Positions 13,304 to 14,815 of a stretch of 14,815 nucleotides of DNA are shown here, one piece after another (the stretch's first letter is position 1; the number at the start of each line of letters is the position of its first letter). The position numbers were made by a program, and so were the translations under genes. Source of the stretch: a virus. Its lineage: Duplodnaviria > Heunggongvirae > Uroviricota > Caudoviricetes. The notes beneath the pieces were generated by a model. That model saw only the letters and a list, made by a program, of their open reading frames with translations. It did not search any database and was not told the origin of the DNA. The stretch lies in the IMG/VR virus record IMGVR_UViG_2778261464_000012, positions 1 to 14,815 of that record, one strand, 5' to 3'.

Positions 13304-14425
13304 TTGGTAAAAAATGTCTACTTCGACGAATCAGGGTTTACAGGTAATAACTTACTTTCAAAAGATCAGCCTTTTTTTAGTTACGCTGCAGTCGTGACTG
13401 ATGAAGAGGAAAGTAAACAGTTTGTAGATTACATAATACAAAAGTACTCGATCGCAGCCGAAGAGCTAAAAGGTAGCACTCTCGTTAATAGCAAGAGATT
13501 ACAACCAGCCGTAGATGAGATACTTAATCATTTCCGTGGACGTATGCGTGTGGTTGTTAACGAAAAGAAATATGCCCTTTCAGGAAAATTCTTTGAATAT
13601 ATTTTCGAGCCAGTATTAGCAGCTAAAAGCTCAATATTTTACAACCTTAAATTCCACCTATTCATATCCAATATAATGTATTTTTCTTTAATAGCTAAGG
13701 ATGAGTATTCTGAACTATTGCATTCTCGATTTGAAGATTTTTCACGAGGTAAAATATTAGTTAATAGTTTTATCGAACCAGTTATTGGTACTAAAAACTC
13801 TGAAATTATGATGGACATTCATGATTTCGCCAAGCATAACATTTCAATAATTGAAGAGGAATATGAAGGTCTCGAGGGCACTGGGGTTGATAAATGGTTG
13901 TTAGATTTGACAACGACTTCTCTTTATAATCTCTTATGCGATATGAGTAGTAAGTTTGGTACATTGAGAGCTATATGTGATAGTTCAAAACCATTAATTA
14001 CCCAACAAGACGCATTCAATGAGATGATAGGTAATGATGAAATTGTGTTCGAGACCTTTAATAATAAAAAAATCCCGATCACATTCAAACTATCTGAGCC
14101 CATAATCCTTTCTGATTCTAAAGTCACGCATGGTATACAAATTGCTGATGTGATAGCTGCAGCCAGCATTTATGTGCTTAATAAGAAAAAATCGAAAGAA
14201 AGATATCACTCCAAATGGCTAACTCATTTCGAAGATGAGATTTTTTATTGGCAATGTTGTGTTGTTCCCACACCTGAAAATCTTGATCCTAAAAATGTAA
14301 ACAATTATTTGAACAGATATATATTGCAAGAAATTGCTGAACGAAGCAGAAAATCACTACCTGTTTTAGATGATATTGAAAAAGAAATCATGCGAATTTC
14401 CAGAACATTAGCCATGGTGCGTTGA
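13304..14425 (+). CDS. DUF3800-like protein (373 aa), function unknown; candidate phage moron / accessory gene
   Basis: The only long plus-strand ORF not antisense to a structural gene. TTG start at 13304 is preceded by AAGAAGGAA at about 9 nt. The N-terminus VKNVYFDESG and the C-terminal SKVTHGIQIADVIAAA match, by recall, the DESG and GxQxAD signature of DUF3800. It looks AT-richer than the structural genes by eye. Confidence 0.75.
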   Translation: MVKNVYFDESGFTGNNLLSKDQPFFSYAAVVTDEEESKQFVDYIIQKYSIAAEELKGSTLVNSKRLQPAVDEILNHFRGRMRVVVNEKKYALSGKFFEYIFEPVLAAKSSIFYNLKFHLFISNIMYFSLIAKDEYSELLHSRFEDFSRGKILVNSFIEPVIGTKNSEIMMDIHDFAKHNISIIEEEYEGLEGTGVDKWLLDLTTTSLYNLLCDMSSKFGTLRAICDSSKPLITQQDAFNEMIGNDEIVFETFNNKKIPITFKLSEPIILSDSKVTHGIQIADVIAAASIYVLNKKKSKERYHSKWLTHFEDEIFYWQCCVVPTPENLDPKNVNNYLNRYILQEIAERSRKSLPVLDDIEKEIMRISRTLAMVR

Positions 14426-14430
14426 AGTAT

Positions 14431-14473
14431 ATATCCTCATGCTATGTTATTAGCACCAGTAGCATGAGGATAT
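14431..14473 (+). terminator. Inverted repeat downstream of the DUF3800-like gene (possible terminator or protein-binding dyad)
   Basis: ATATCCTCATGCT (14431..14443) and AGCATGAGGATAT (14461..14473) form a perfect 13-bp stem with a 17-nt loop, starting 6 nt after the stop codon. A T-run (TTATTTTT) lies about 14 nt downstream, so it is not a textbook intrinsic terminator. Confidence 0.3.
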
Positions 14474-14815
14474 CATATGTAATTCAATTATTTTTACCAT
14501 GACCAATATATTTAATCAATTAATGATTTGACCTCAATAATTGTTTAGCTATATTAATACATTCTTGAATCCTTTCCTCGCGTATTAGACACGTAGTACT
14601 GCCATTGTCCATCTGGTAGATTGGATTATAGATGCGACCGCAATCACTCTGGAACTGAGGCCGGTAATACTTCACTCCGTTACGTGTAGTTGCCACTTCA
14701 GTACATCCCCAGCAATGAGCCGACAGCCGTGTATTTCTATCTGCGGCTGGATTTCCACTCCGAGCAACTGCCCATTAAGAGTCGTAATCGGTACAGCCCA
14801 GTACTGGATGTTCAT

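Noticed and set aside
13924-14169. Minus-strand 81-aa ORF inside the DUF3800-like gene
   Set aside because: It is antisense to a much longer ORF with recognisable motifs; shadow ORF.
14426-14815. tRNA gene or attachment site at the right edge
   Set aside because: No T-arm-like GGTTCGA motif or cloverleaf-compatible dyads were seen by eye. The terS-proximal position fits a cos-adjacent region rather than a prophage end. Not excluded without a tRNA scan.
14684-14815. 44-aa minus-strand ORF as an Rz1-like spanin or other small lysis protein
   Set aside because: There is no signal peptide or lipobox and it is not Pro-rich. It is kept only as a possible gene fragment in the findings.

Overview
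The window is almost entirely the late (packaging and morphogenesis) region of a tailed phage or prophage, transcribed on the minus strand from about 13060 down to 1. Its packaging genes are lambda-like (Nu1-type small terminase, GpA-type large terminase), which implies cos-type packaging. Gene order on the minus strand is: terS, terL, a 180-aa protein in the gpW position, portal, a single protease-scaffold-major capsid fusion, two small connector/completion proteins, a 560-aa protein with a tail-tube-like N-domain and fibre-like repeats, a 952-aa Trp/Cys-rich enzyme-like protein, the major tail tube protein, the G/GT tail assembly chaperone with a sequence-visible -1 frameshift site, and the start of the tape measure protein. 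The best candidate for an undescribed accessory function is a divergently oriented, AT-rich plus-strand gene (13304..14425) encoding a 373-aa protein with DUF3800-like motifs. It sits where lambda carries the moron bor, between the lysis side and cos/terS. The 560/952-aa gene pair inserted between the connector genes and the tail tube gene is the second unusual locus. All assignments are from reading the translations and the DNA; no database search or computation was run.
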